Assembly (NCBI GenBank): GCA_965226055.1
Contig: CBDDCA010000003.1
Location: forward strand, 32,001 to 96,000
DNA: 64,000 bases
Source: Spirochaetia bacterium
GTDB taxonomy: Bacteria; Spirochaetota; Spirochaetia; WTKD01; G963693115
Direction: 5' to 3'
Shown here: positions 48,792-58,308 of the stretch, piece by piece
How the letters are laid out: every line of letters begins with the position of its first letter
Numbering within the stretch: position 1 is the stretch's first letter
Made by a program: the position numbers and the translations under genes
Notes under the pieces: generated by a model
Told to the model about the DNA's origin: nothing
What the model saw: the letters and a program-made list of their open reading frames with translations, nothing else
Database searches by the model: none

Positions 48792-50342
48792 ATGAGTAAA
48801 TTCCAAAATTTAAATCTTGATAGATTACATCAGCTTATCAATGTAAATCTTACCGTTACTGAAAATTACGATAATTTTGAAGTTGTCCTTCAACGGTTAC
48901 TTCATGCCATTGAGATGATTACAAATTGTGAAGTAACATCTTTTTTATTGTATGATAATGAAACAAAAAATCTTACCTTTAGATTAGCGAGTGGTAAAAA
49001 TACTCATGAGCTTCTTGGACTTGTTGTTCCTAATGGAAGAGGAATAGCTCATACTGCTATTCGTGATAAAAAAGGGATGATAATCAATGATATGGATGAG
49101 GTAAAGGATAAGCATTATACAGAGATAGATAAAATATTAAATTTTAAGACAATAAATCTTATGGCTTTTCCTATGTTAGATCATAATGGGGAAGTAATAG
49201 GGGTAGTAGAAGCATGTAATAAGAAAAATAATGAAAATTTTACTAATGAGGATTATCAAATTTTACTCATTTTTTGTCAAACAGCTGAACGGGCGCTGAG
49301 GCATACTATTAAAATAGCAAATCTTAGAAAAAAATTAGATTTTGCTAATAGAAAATTGACTGATTTATCGCATCCTTCGTTTGTGTATGGAAGCAAAGAG
49401 TCAGAAACAAAGTTGACTTTTGCAAAGAAGATTGCAGACTCACAGTCTCGAGTACTCATCTATGGTGAAAGAGGTACAGGGAAAACAAACTTAGCAACAC
49501 AGATTCATCGATTTAGTAACAGAAATGATAAGCCTATTGAGTATATTAACTGTGTAGATCTATCGTTATTAAAAAATGAACAAGAACAGTACATACATAT
49601 TTTTGGTGCAAAGAAAAATACTAAACTAGGAATACGAAATGATATACAAGGGATTTTTGAATTAGCTACAGGAGGCACTGTAATATTGCAAGAGATTGGC
49701 TATCTTCCATTGTTTATTCAAGAAAAAGTTATGCTCCTTATAAAATTTGGTCATATAACTCCCTATGGATCAGATAGCAATAAGTCAGTCAATGTTCGAG
49801 TTCTTGTTACTACTTCTCAAAAACTTGAAGAGCTTGTTGAATTGCATAAATTTCAAGAAGATTTATTTTATTTACTGAACTCTGTTAATATTTCAATTTC
49901 ACCATTAAGTGCTCGAAGAGAAGACATAGTACCAATAACAGAGTATTTTTTTAAGAAATGTGTGAGTGAAAGTAGAAAGGTTATTACCAGTATTGAACCA
50001 AAAGTATTGTATATTCTAAAAAGTTATTCATGGCCTAATAATGTAGCTGAATTGTATAATGTTATACAAAGAGCTGTGTGGAATTGTGATGAAACTACTT
50101 TACGGATTCATCATATTGCTCTCCATAATTTTGGTTCTAATGATGCTGATGGAATAAAAAAGAAAGAGCCTTTTGTTACCTTACAAGACGGAATAAATGA
50201 ATTTAAGAAGAGGTATATTTATCAAGTATTACTCCATAATGGTTGGAGTTATACAAAATCAGCGAAAGTTCTTAAGATTCAACGTTCATATCTTTCTAAG
50301 TTAGTGAAAATGTATAACTTAAAATCAGGGGATGAAAAATAG
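48792..50342 (+). CDS. GAF + NtrC-type AAA+ + Fis-HTH transcriptional regulator with degenerate sigma54-contact motif
   Basis: GRGIA/GVVEACNK (GAF), GERGTGK, INC, YSWPNNVAEL, C-terminal HTH. No GAFTGA. Confidence 0.88.
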   Translation: MSKFQNLNLDRLHQLINVNLTVTENYDNFEVVLQRLLHAIEMITNCEVTSFLLYDNETKNLTFRLASGKNTHELLGLVVPNGRGIAHTAIRDKKGMIINDMDEVKDKHYTEIDKILNFKTINLMAFPMLDHNGEVIGVVEACNKKNNENFTNEDYQILLIFCQTAERALRHTIKIANLRKKLDFANRKLTDLSHPSFVYGSKESETKLTFAKKIADSQSRVLIYGERGTGKTNLATQIHRFSNRNDKPIEYINCVDLSLLKNEQEQYIHIFGAKKNTKLGIRNDIQGIFELATGGTVILQEIGYLPLFIQEKVMLLIKFGHITPYGSDSNKSVNVRVLVTTSQKLEELVELHKFQEDLFYLLNSVNISISPLSARREDIVPITEYFFKKCVSESRKVITSIEPKVLYILKSYSWPNNVAELYNVIQRAVWNCDETTLRIHHIALHNFGSNDADGIKKKEPFVTLQDGINEFKKRYIYQVLLHNGWSYTKSAKVLKIQRSYLSKLVKMYNLKSGDEK

Positions 50343-50420
50343 TATAGCAACGGACGAAGAATGATGGCAATAGTATATGACATATAATTAAATTTTTGAA
50401 GGAATGGAGAAACACAAAGC

Positions 50421-51227
50421 ATGGCAATGAATTACGAATCGCATAATACACTTGAATTTTTTATCTCAAAGTATAAGTGGGTGTTTATTATTGCGTTTAT
50501 AGTGCTTATTATTATAGGAATAAGCGTGCTATTTATTACACAACAAAGCAATACAAAGAGTATAGAGGCTACTATAGCATTTGAAGCTCTTGAGGAAGAT
50601 TACGAAAATTTTACTCAAGATTATAGTTTGTATGAAGATCACAGTGATACTATTGATACGGAAAAAATGGATACATTGATACAAAGCTATAAAGAGATAA
50701 CGCAAAAATATCCTAGGGAAACTGTGGCGCAAAAATCATTTCTTAATATAGGTACTATCTATGCTATAGATAAGAAAAATGAGGAAGCGCTTCAATATTT
50801 TTCTCTTGCGGTACAAAATGGGTCTATTGCGTATCGTACCTATCTGACTCCTCGTGCTTTGTTTAATGTTGCTGCTATGCAGGAAAATGCAGATGCCCCT
50901 ATGGAAGCGATTGCTACATATCAACGTATTATCAATGAATATCCAACTGATTTGATTGCTCCTCATGCTATGTTTAATATAGCAAGAATAAATGAACAAA
51001 TAAATGAGACTTCAATAGAAGCTATTGGCTATTACCAACTAATAATAGAGAACGAAGATTGGAAAGATTCGGAATGGGTAAGCATTGCTAAAAGTCGCTT
51101 AGCTCTTTTACAAAAACTTGTAGATGAAGATACAGATGAAACTATAGACGATGCAAAGAATGAAGAAAGCACAGACGAAGCCACTGATGAAACTATGGAT
51201 GAAGACAGCACAAACGAAAATCAATAA
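50421..51227 (+). CDS. Membrane-anchored TPR protein (YfgM-like) with acidic tail
   Basis: Single N-terminal TM segment, TPR-like helices, D/E-rich C-terminus. Confidence 0.8.
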   Translation: MAMNYESHNTLEFFISKYKWVFIIAFIVLIIIGISVLFITQQSNTKSIEATIAFEALEEDYENFTQDYSLYEDHSDTIDTEKMDTLIQSYKEITQKYPRETVAQKSFLNIGTIYAIDKKNEEALQYFSLAVQNGSIAYRTYLTPRALFNVAAMQENADAPMEAIATYQRIINEYPTDLIAPHAMFNIARINEQINETSIEAIGYYQLIIENEDWKDSEWVSIAKSRLALLQKLVDEDTDETIDDAKNEESTDEATDETMDEDSTNENQ

Positions 51228-51246
51228 ATATGGTAATATAATAGAG

Positions 51247-52023
51247 ATGAAAAGAAAGTATTCTTTGTTTCCTTTTAGAGCTCAAAATATACCGTTACTG
51301 TTAGTACTCTTTTTTCTGATTATTTCTTCTTGCGGTGTTCCTACCATTATCTTATTTAATGCTGCAGAAGTTATAACAGACGCAGGGGCTAAAACGATAA
51401 CTATTGTTCATAATAGCAGTAATGATGCATTACCATCTGTAAAATTTATAGGATATGAAGTATACTATAAAATATATAAATCTAGTGATATTGACAAGAG
51501 AGCAGAGGATAAAAATTATATTACAGATACTTCTGCGAGAGTCCCTTCCACTTCTGTCTTAACTTCAAAAAATTTTCTTAAACTGAAAGTCGTAAACTTT
51601 AGTGCAGATGAAAATAAGTTTAATGATACTACTGATACCCCTAATGTTGCTATAAACAGCTCTAATCAACGAGTAATCTTAGATTTTGGTGTATCTAATC
51701 CAAGTGAGTATTCATACACTGCTGGAACAACAGGGGAATTTTATGGCTATCAGGCCCTCCTTATTAACCAAAACAACAGCACAGAAGTATTACATAGAAA
51801 CCTCAATACTACCACTAAACCATTTTTTGATACACAGACTAACACATCTTTCAGTAGTTCCGATTACGATGTAAGAAAGATGATATCTTCTTTTAATAAC
51901 GATACATTAGAACTTGTTATTGCAGTTATTCCTTATGGCATAAACCTTGCTAATGTACAAGTAGTATATGGTAACATAGCAATATCAGAAGACGTAACCC
52001 TTGATTACGGCAGCACTCCTTAG
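51247..52023 (+). CDS. Hypothetical lipoprotein
   Basis: Start moved to ATG 51247; lipobox ISSC-G; FIGYEVYYKIY. Confidence 0.75.
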   Translation: MKRKYSLFPFRAQNIPLLLVLFFLIISSCGVPTIILFNAAEVITDAGAKTITIVHNSSNDALPSVKFIGYEVYYKIYKSSDIDKRAEDKNYITDTSARVPSTSVLTSKNFLKLKVVNFSADENKFNDTTDTPNVAINSSNQRVILDFGVSNPSEYSYTAGTTGEFYGYQALLINQNNSTEVLHRNLNTTTKPFFDTQTNTSFSSSDYDVRKMISSFNNDTLELVIAVIPYGINLANVQVVYGNIAISEDVTLDYGSTP

Positions 52024-52127
52024 CTAGCTTTCTCATTTGAATTTCCATTTTCTCTACTGTGTGAATATGTGTGAGTGTGCAATGTGAATATGTAGTATAA
52101 TAGTATTGGAGAGATAGGAGGAGAATT

Positions 52128-53837
52128 ATGGATAAAGATTCATTAAGAAATATACTAAAAAATGCAAAGCAAGGTTTTAATAAAGGAAAATATGAAGAAG
52201 CAATAGCTGATTATGACAAAGCTATAGAGCTAAATCTAAAAGATGCAAGAGTATATTTTTTCAGAGGTACTACAAAGGCTAAATTAGAAAGATATGAAGA
52301 AGCAATAGCTGATTATGACAAAGCTATAGAGCTAAATCTAAAAGATGCAAGAGTATATTTTTTCAGAGGTACTACAAAGGCTAAATTAGAAAGATATGAA
52401 GAAGCAATAGCTGATTATGACAAAGCTATAGAGCTAAATCTAAAAGATGCAAGAGTATATTTTTTCAGAGGTACTACAAAGGCTAAATTAGAAAGATATG
52501 AAGAAGCAATAGCTGATTATGACAAAGCTATAGAGCTAAATCTAAAAGATGCAAGAGTATATTTTTTCAGAGGAAATACAAAAGCTAAATTAGAAAGATA
52601 CGAAGAGGCAATAATTGATTATGAAAGAGCAATAAAATATAAACCAAGTTTTGCAGAGGCATATAACAATAGTGGTACTACGAAAGATGAATTAGAAAGA
52701 TATGAAGAAGCAATAGTAGACTATGACAAGGCTATAGAGCTAAATCTAAAAGATGCAAAGGTATATTTCAATAGAGGAAATACAAAAGCTAAATTAGAAA
52801 AATATGAAGAAGCAATAGCTGATTATGACAAAGCTATAGAATATAAAGAAGATTTTGCAGAAGCATACAACAATAGTGGTACTATGAAAGATGAATTAAA
52901 AAGATATAAAGAAGCAATAGCTGATTATGACAAGGCTATAGAGCTAAATCTAAAAGATGCAAGAGTATATTTCAATAGAGGAAATATAAAAGCTAAATTA
53001 GAAAGATATGAAGAAGCAATAGTAGACTATGACAAGGCTATAGAGTTAAATCTAAAAGATGCAAGGGTATATTTCAATAGAGGAAATATAAAAGCTAAAT
53101 TAGAAAGATACGAAGAGGCAATAATTGATTATGAAAGAGCAATAAAATATAAACCAAGTTTTGCAGAGGCATACAACAATAGTGGTACTACGAAAGATGA
53201 ATTAAAAAGATATGAAGAAGCAATAGTAGACTATGACAAGGCTATAGAGTTAAATCTAAAAGATGCAAGGGTATATTTCAATAGAGGAAATACAAAAGCT
53301 AAATTAGAAAAATATGAAGAAGCAATAGCTGATTATGACAAAGCTATAGAGTTAAATCTAAAAGATGCAAGGGTATATTTCAATAGAGGAAATATAAAAG
53401 CTAAATTAGAAAGATACGAAGAGGCAATAATTGATTATGAAAGAGCAATAAAATATAAACCAAGTTTTGCAGAGGCATACAACAATAGTGGTACTACGAA
53501 AGATGAATTAAAAAGATATGAAGAAGCAATAGTAGACTATGACAAGGCTATAGAGCTAAATCTAAAAGATGCAAGGGTATATTTCAATAGAGGAATTACG
53601 AAAGCTAAATTAGAAAAATATGAAGAAGCAATAGCTGATTATGACAAAGCTATAGAGTTAAATCCAGAAGATGTAGTAGAAGTAAATTTCAATAAAGAAA
53701 TTACGAAAGCTAAATTAGAAAGATACGAAGAGGCAACAATTGATTATGAAAGAGCAATAAAATATAAACCAAGTTTTGCAGAGGCATACAACAATAGTGG
53801 TACTACGAAAGATGCAACAATATACAAAAACAGATGA
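52128..53837 (+). CDS. Tetratricopeptide repeat protein (16 repeats, ends in a partial repeat)
   Basis: AGGAGG RBS; 34-aa repeats YEEAIADYDKAIEL. Confidence 0.92.
   Translation: MDKDSLRNILKNAKQGFNKGKYEEAIADYDKAIELNLKDARVYFFRGTTKAKLERYEEAIADYDKAIELNLKDARVYFFRGTTKAKLERYEEAIADYDKAIELNLKDARVYFFRGTTKAKLERYEEAIADYDKAIELNLKDARVYFFRGNTKAKLERYEEAIIDYERAIKYKPSFAEAYNNSGTTKDELERYEEAIVDYDKAIELNLKDAKVYFNRGNTKAKLEKYEEAIADYDKAIEYKEDFAEAYNNSGTMKDELKRYKEAIADYDKAIELNLKDARVYFNRGNIKAKLERYEEAIVDYDKAIELNLKDARVYFNRGNIKAKLERYEEAIIDYERAIKYKPSFAEAYNNSGTTKDELKRYEEAIVDYDKAIELNLKDARVYFNRGNTKAKLEKYEEAIADYDKAIELNLKDARVYFNRGNIKAKLERYEEAIIDYERAIKYKPSFAEAYNNSGTTKDELKRYEEAIVDYDKAIELNLKDARVYFNRGITKAKLEKYEEAIADYDKAIELNPEDVVEVNFNKEITKAKLERYEEATIDYERAIKYKPSFAEAYNNSGTTKDATIYKNR
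52190..53813 (+). repeat. 102-bp tandem repeat; first three units identical
   Basis: 52190-52291 = 52292-52393 = 52394-52495; later units show a 306-bp period. Confidence 0.92.
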
Positions 53838-54823
53838 AAGATCTTAATATAATAACACCAGCAACACCAAATCGCTTCATAGAAGAGAAGCATGAGAAAT
53901 ATTCGAATTTCTTAATATTCGTAAATCAAAAGAATGAAGAAGAAAAATATTACATACAAGGTATTAAGATAGCTATGTTAGCAGCAAAAGCAAATAAATT
54001 AGAAAAATATGAAAAAGAAAAAGAGCTAATTAAGGAAGCAAGAAAATGTATCGAAAAAGCAATTAGGATAAAATGTGAGAAGCAGCAACAAGGAAAATTA
54101 GAATATAAAATAGGATATAAATTTAAGCCTATCAATAAGGATACAATAGATATGTTAATAAAGGAAAAAATATATTTTAGTGATGTTTCATCACTAAATG
54201 ATCCATTGGAATGCCCTATACTTAAATTATATGATAAATACTTTAAAAATGAGATATTTCAAGGTGATTATGAACCATACATATGTTCCTTTGTTGTTGA
54301 TACTAAGAATAAACCAGATGATATAATAAAAAATACCTTATTGTTTAGTCATTATGCTGATAGACATAGAGGAATATGCATAGAATATGAGATAGACGAA
54401 AAATTACTAAATCAAGGCAAAATATGGCATACTCGTGTAGAATATAGTGAAAATACACCTTATAAACAGTTAGATAATATAGCATATGTCTTCGCTATTA
54501 AGAGTAAAAAATGGGAATATGAGGAAGAATATCGCTTTATACTTTTTGGGCATGATAAAGAAAAACAACAAAAACGTGGAACAGGAGTATATATTAATGG
54601 TATTAATGGTGGTGCTGTTGTTAAGAGAATTATTTTTGGATTAGAGACACCTGAGGAAGATAAAGAGTTATTATATACATTACTGTCAGATGAAAAAAAA
54701 GATGAGAAAGAGAAAGACAAGAACAAAAATGAAATACAATTTTTTGAAACGAAGAATGATATAGAAAATGAGTATTTTACCCTTTATATTGATATTGACT
54801 CTCCTTACAAGCCCAAGTCATAA
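53834..54823 (+). CDS. DUF2971-like domain protein
   Basis: YKFK, LNDPLE, LFSHYADRHRGICIEY, KSKKWEYEEEYR, IIFG. ATGA overlap with the TPR gene. Confidence 0.8.
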   Translation: MKDLNIITPATPNRFIEEKHEKYSNFLIFVNQKNEEEKYYIQGIKIAMLAAKANKLEKYEKEKELIKEARKCIEKAIRIKCEKQQQGKLEYKIGYKFKPINKDTIDMLIKEKIYFSDVSSLNDPLECPILKLYDKYFKNEIFQGDYEPYICSFVVDTKNKPDDIIKNTLLFSHYADRHRGICIEYEIDEKLLNQGKIWHTRVEYSENTPYKQLDNIAYVFAIKSKKWEYEEEYRFILFGHDKEKQQKRGTGVYINGINGGAVVKRIIFGLETPEEDKELLYTLLSDEKKDEKEKDKNKNEIQFFETKNDIENEYFTLYIDIDSPYKPKS

Positions 54824-54824
54824 T

Positions 54825-54853
54825 AAGTAGTAATACTGATTTAGTATTACTAT
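54825..54853. terminator. Hairpin between converging DUF2971 and restriction genes
   Basis: TAGTAATACT...AGTATTACTA inverted repeat. Confidence 0.55.
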
Positions 54854-54956
54854 TACTCACGTATATTCACCTATGAAAATTCCCTCAATTATTACTTCCT
54901 ATAAGTCCTATTCTGTCTACCAATTACAATGTAAATACTGTAACATGTATTTACGA

Positions 54957-55733
54957 TTATAAGTACTGTAAAAAATAATCATCAATTTCTTTTCTCATTT
55001 GTATTCCTACTCTTTCAAAGCAGTCAAGTAGAGTATGATATGCTCCTTCTCCACCAAGAAAATCCCAAAATTCTTCAGCTACTTTTAATTCTTGTTTTAT
55101 ATCAAGCATTCCTGCCATTGTCCATCTATCATAAGGCTTTGGATCATATGGATTATATGGAATAGCAATAAGTGTATGTACTTTTGCTTGAGGCTTTTCA
55201 GCTAATACTGAAGCTGTCCACTCTAAAAGAGTTCTTTTGAATTCCTTAAAAGAGCCTCTATTTGGTTTTGCTGTTTTAATATCAATGAGATATATCTCAC
55301 CTTCCATACTTTCTAAATAAAGATCTACTTTTGTTAATTTTACTTCTCTCATTTCTCCGCTTTGACAAACATTACGAATGATTTCAATATCTCTCTGTTT
55401 ATTTGGTTCTGTAATTGCAGAAGATAAGCTATCTATTATTTTTTGAATTTCAAAATGAGCAGAGTTACTTATTTTTATCCCTGCTTTTACTTGTGTTTTT
55501 ACCACTTTAAATCTATTTGAGGCAAGAGATACTGCTATTGGCTCAAAAATGGTAGTACCAAAATTTGTATTAAGTGAATGGATAAATGAATATAAGGCAA
55601 GTCTATCTTTTCCTAGCAACCTTGTATGAAACGGCATTATTGCTGGTTCAGGATTATGGCTAGAAAATTTCTTTCTTAAGCTCCCTTTGATTATTTCTTC
55701 AATAGATTGTATTTGCTGTGGTGTAAGCACCAT
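54957..55733 (-). CDS. Type II restriction endonuclease (TdeIII/MjaII-like family)
   Basis: MPFH...SFIHSLNTNFG..IFE, KVDLYL...IDIKTAKPN (PD-D/ExK), IPYNPY, EEFWDFLGG; coupled to an MTase gene. Confidence 0.85.
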   Translation of the reverse strand: MVLTPQQIQSIEEIIKGSLRKKFSSHNPEPAIMPFHTRLLGKDRLALYSFIHSLNTNFGTTIFEPIAVSLASNRFKVVKTQVKAGIKISNSAHFEIQKIIDSLSSAITEPNKQRDIEIIRNVCQSGEMREVKLTKVDLYLESMEGEIYLIDIKTAKPNRGSFKEFKRTLLEWTASVLAEKPQAKVHTLIAIPYNPYDPKPYDRWTMAGMLDIKQELKVAEEFWDFLGGEGAYHTLLDCFERVGIQMRKEIDDYFLQYL

Positions 55734-57310
55734 TATTGCTCCTTTAGGTGAAAAATAGTTTCTGCGTATGCAGATGTATTTTTTTCTGTTCTGTTTAAGA
55801 CAGGCCTTTTATATTGATCTACTATTTGCATATTTGCTTTTTCAGCAATAGTTGGGTATAGATTATATTTATCATTAGCTACCAAAAAAACATTGTAATC
55901 TTTTTGTAGGTATCTTTTTGCGTTACTTAAAACATTTGCTATTCCCTCAACATATGATGTACGAGCATCTTTCCCTTGTCCTTTATATAGAGGGCCTATC
56001 TCAAGTTTATCATTACGCTCAAGCTCAAATAATTCATATGCATATGCGTGTTGTTGGTGATAATCGATTAAGCCTACATACGGAGGGCTTGAAAAAATCC
56101 CTTTAATTTTATGTTTTTTTAACAAAATTTCTAACGCAGGATTATATTTGTGTAATTGTGATGCTATATCAATATTTTTTGCATCTCCTTGTAAGAAACT
56201 GTGCAAGCTATCGGTACGTAATGCATCAAATTCCAAAAGACGATGTATTGTATCAGCACTGTACCTTTTCCACCAAGAAAGAAGTGAAAACAAAGGCTTA
56301 CATATTTTTCCATGTTTTTTACAATAATATGTTTGTGTTACAGGCTTTTTTAATGTGGTTAAATCAGCATGGGTAGTAGCTCGACAAGATCGTATTGTTC
56401 TACTTAATATGATAGTAATAATGTTTCTGATAGCTTGATTTTTGATGCGCTTGATATGTTCATATATAAAATCCATTTCTTTTCTTATTGGATGTATGTA
56501 CCATGTTTCAAGAAATGTATTTGCTTTTTCTTGTTGTATTGTAAGCTGGTATTTTTTTTGTAGTCTGTCAAAAATAAGTGCAAACTCACTTTCTTTTGCA
56601 GAAGCATATTCCTTTTCATTTATCTCATGCTTTCTTACTTGTATTTTATATTCTGGAGAAGGAAAATATTTTTTATTGAATACAGAAAGTTCTGCAAGAA
56701 GCTCATTTTCAAATTGTATATTTATATTATTTGCAATAAACTTTTGAAGAGCTGTAGTTATGTATTGTAGCTCCTGTTGTATAGTATCAAAATGTACCTT
56801 TTCTATCTTTGCACTAGATATGAGTGTATTAAATAGGGAAATATCAATGCCTATAGCATGTATTCCCAGTTCATTTGCTTGTATTACTGTTGTACCACTT
56901 CCAGAAAATGGATCTAAAACAATATCCCCCTTCTTAAAGTACACCTCTTTCTTAATAGTATCTATATGATCATCTAAAAAATATTCTACTAATTGGGGAA
57001 TAAATTTGCCTTTATATGGATGCAATCTATGAATGTGCTTTGTAGTTTCTTTTTCTGTAAGGGTATGAAAAGACAAAGATAAGTGTATGTCTTCCCCTAA
57101 CTTTTCTTTCCAATCGCTTTCTCTTTGATTCTTAAAACTGTCATAGTAATATAGTAAATCATATTTATTGACTACTACCTTTCCTTGTTTTTCGTATTTC
57201 TTAACTTTGCCATATTGAAGTAAATACGATATATTTGAAGGAGTAACATTTTTATTGAGATATTCACTTGCCCATGTACTTGCTTTTTTTATTGTCAATA
57301 ACTCTATCAT
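55733..57310 (-). CDS. Amino-DNA methyltransferase (probably N4-C, alpha motif order) with N-terminal HTH-like region
   Basis: HPYKGKFIPQ, DPFSGSGTT (motif I) preceding SSPPY (motif IV). Confidence 0.88.
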   Translation of the reverse strand: MIELLTIKKASTWASEYLNKNVTPSNISYLLQYGKVKKYEKQGKVVVNKYDLLYYYDSFKNQRESDWKEKLGEDIHLSLSFHTLTEKETTKHIHRLHPYKGKFIPQLVEYFLDDHIDTIKKEVYFKKGDIVLDPFSGSGTTVIQANELGIHAIGIDISLFNTLISSAKIEKVHFDTIQQELQYITTALQKFIANNINIQFENELLAELSVFNKKYFPSPEYKIQVRKHEINEKEYASAKESEFALIFDRLQKKYQLTIQQEKANTFLETWYIHPIRKEMDFIYEHIKRIKNQAIRNIITIILSRTIRSCRATTHADLTTLKKPVTQTYYCKKHGKICKPLFSLLSWWKRYSADTIHRLLEFDALRTDSLHSFLQGDAKNIDIASQLHKYNPALEILLKKHKIKGIFSSPPYVGLIDYHQQHAYAYELFELERNDKLEIGPLYKGQGKDARTSYVEGIANVLSNAKRYLQKDYNVFLVANDKYNLYPTIAEKANMQIVDQYKRPVLNRTEKNTSAYAETIFHLKEQ

Positions 57311-57453
57311 ATAATGTTTTATATTATACCATAATAATACTATTGCTTATCATGTATCTCATACTGTCATTTTAATGTGAATTTCTTACACTATTTTTAG
57401 GTATCATGTATACCTTCATCGCAATAATATACTATATCCTTTATAATATACAT

Positions 57454-58293
57454 ATGATTGATGAAAAAGATATACCTCATGTTCTTACAAGTACAGAAAT
57501 ACAATCGTGGGAAAAAGTAGTGAATACTCTTCTGTTTTTACGCACAGAGCAAGGATGTAGCTGGGATAAAGCACAAACGATGGAGAGTATTATTGTAAAT
57601 TTAGTGGAAGAAGTATCAGAGCTTATTGATGCTATACATATGTATTCTCATAAAAAAAAGGATGCGTCTGTTATAACAGATAACGATAAACAGATGCAAG
57701 ATCTTATAGAAGAGTTTGGTGATGTACAGCTTGTATTGACTATGATGATGATTATTTTTACAGATACTAATAGTACAAAAGATAATAATGATACCCCCTC
57801 TCATTTTGATATGAGTACATTTAATGCTATTTTTGTACAGTTAGGAAATAAATTGATACGAAGGCATCCTCATGTTTTTTCTCACACAGTTCTTAATGAA
57901 AACAAAGATGATTTATACGCTCAATGGCAGCATATTAAGTATCATGTGGAAGGAAAACGAGAGCCAGAAACATTACATGAATATAAACCCTACTTGCATA
58001 TACTTGAGCGGGTAAAAGAAATTCAAAAAAAAGCAGAAAAACTTTCTCTCTCTCAAAAGCGACCTTTTTCAAGTAAACTACAAAAGCTACAAAAAAGTCT
58101 TGAAGCACTGACAGATGCAGAATCTTCCCTTCCTGATAAAGATAGCTATATCCCTACTGATGATGATATACAATTAAACATTGGAAAATGTTTTTATGAG
58201 CTTATAGATGTTGCACGTTCCTTGCGAGTAAGTCCAACTACTTGCCTTACTAAATATATGTCTACTGTGTTGCAAGAATTGCAGCAAACATAG
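57454..58293 (+). CDS. mazG: MazG family nucleoside triphosphate pyrophosphohydrolase
   Basis: LR...GCSWDKAQT, EEVSELIDAI, EEFGDV, KLIRRHPHVF. Start probably ATG 57454. Confidence 0.88.
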   Translation: MIDEKDIPHVLTSTEIQSWEKVVNTLLFLRTEQGCSWDKAQTMESIIVNLVEEVSELIDAIHMYSHKKKDASVITDNDKQMQDLIEEFGDVQLVLTMMMIIFTDTNSTKDNNDTPSHFDMSTFNAIFVQLGNKLIRRHPHVFSHTVLNENKDDLYAQWQHIKYHVEGKREPETLHEYKPYLHILERVKEIQKKAEKLSLSQKRPFSSKLQKLQKSLEALTDAESSLPDKDSYIPTDDDIQLNIGKCFYELIDVARSLRVSPTTCLTKYMSTVLQELQQT

Positions 58294-58308
58294 TGTTATC
58301 AATATTGC

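Noticed and set aside
52190-53813. Regular repeats that might be a CRISPR array
   Set aside because: 102-bp in-frame coding TPR units without unique spacers; no cas genes in the window.
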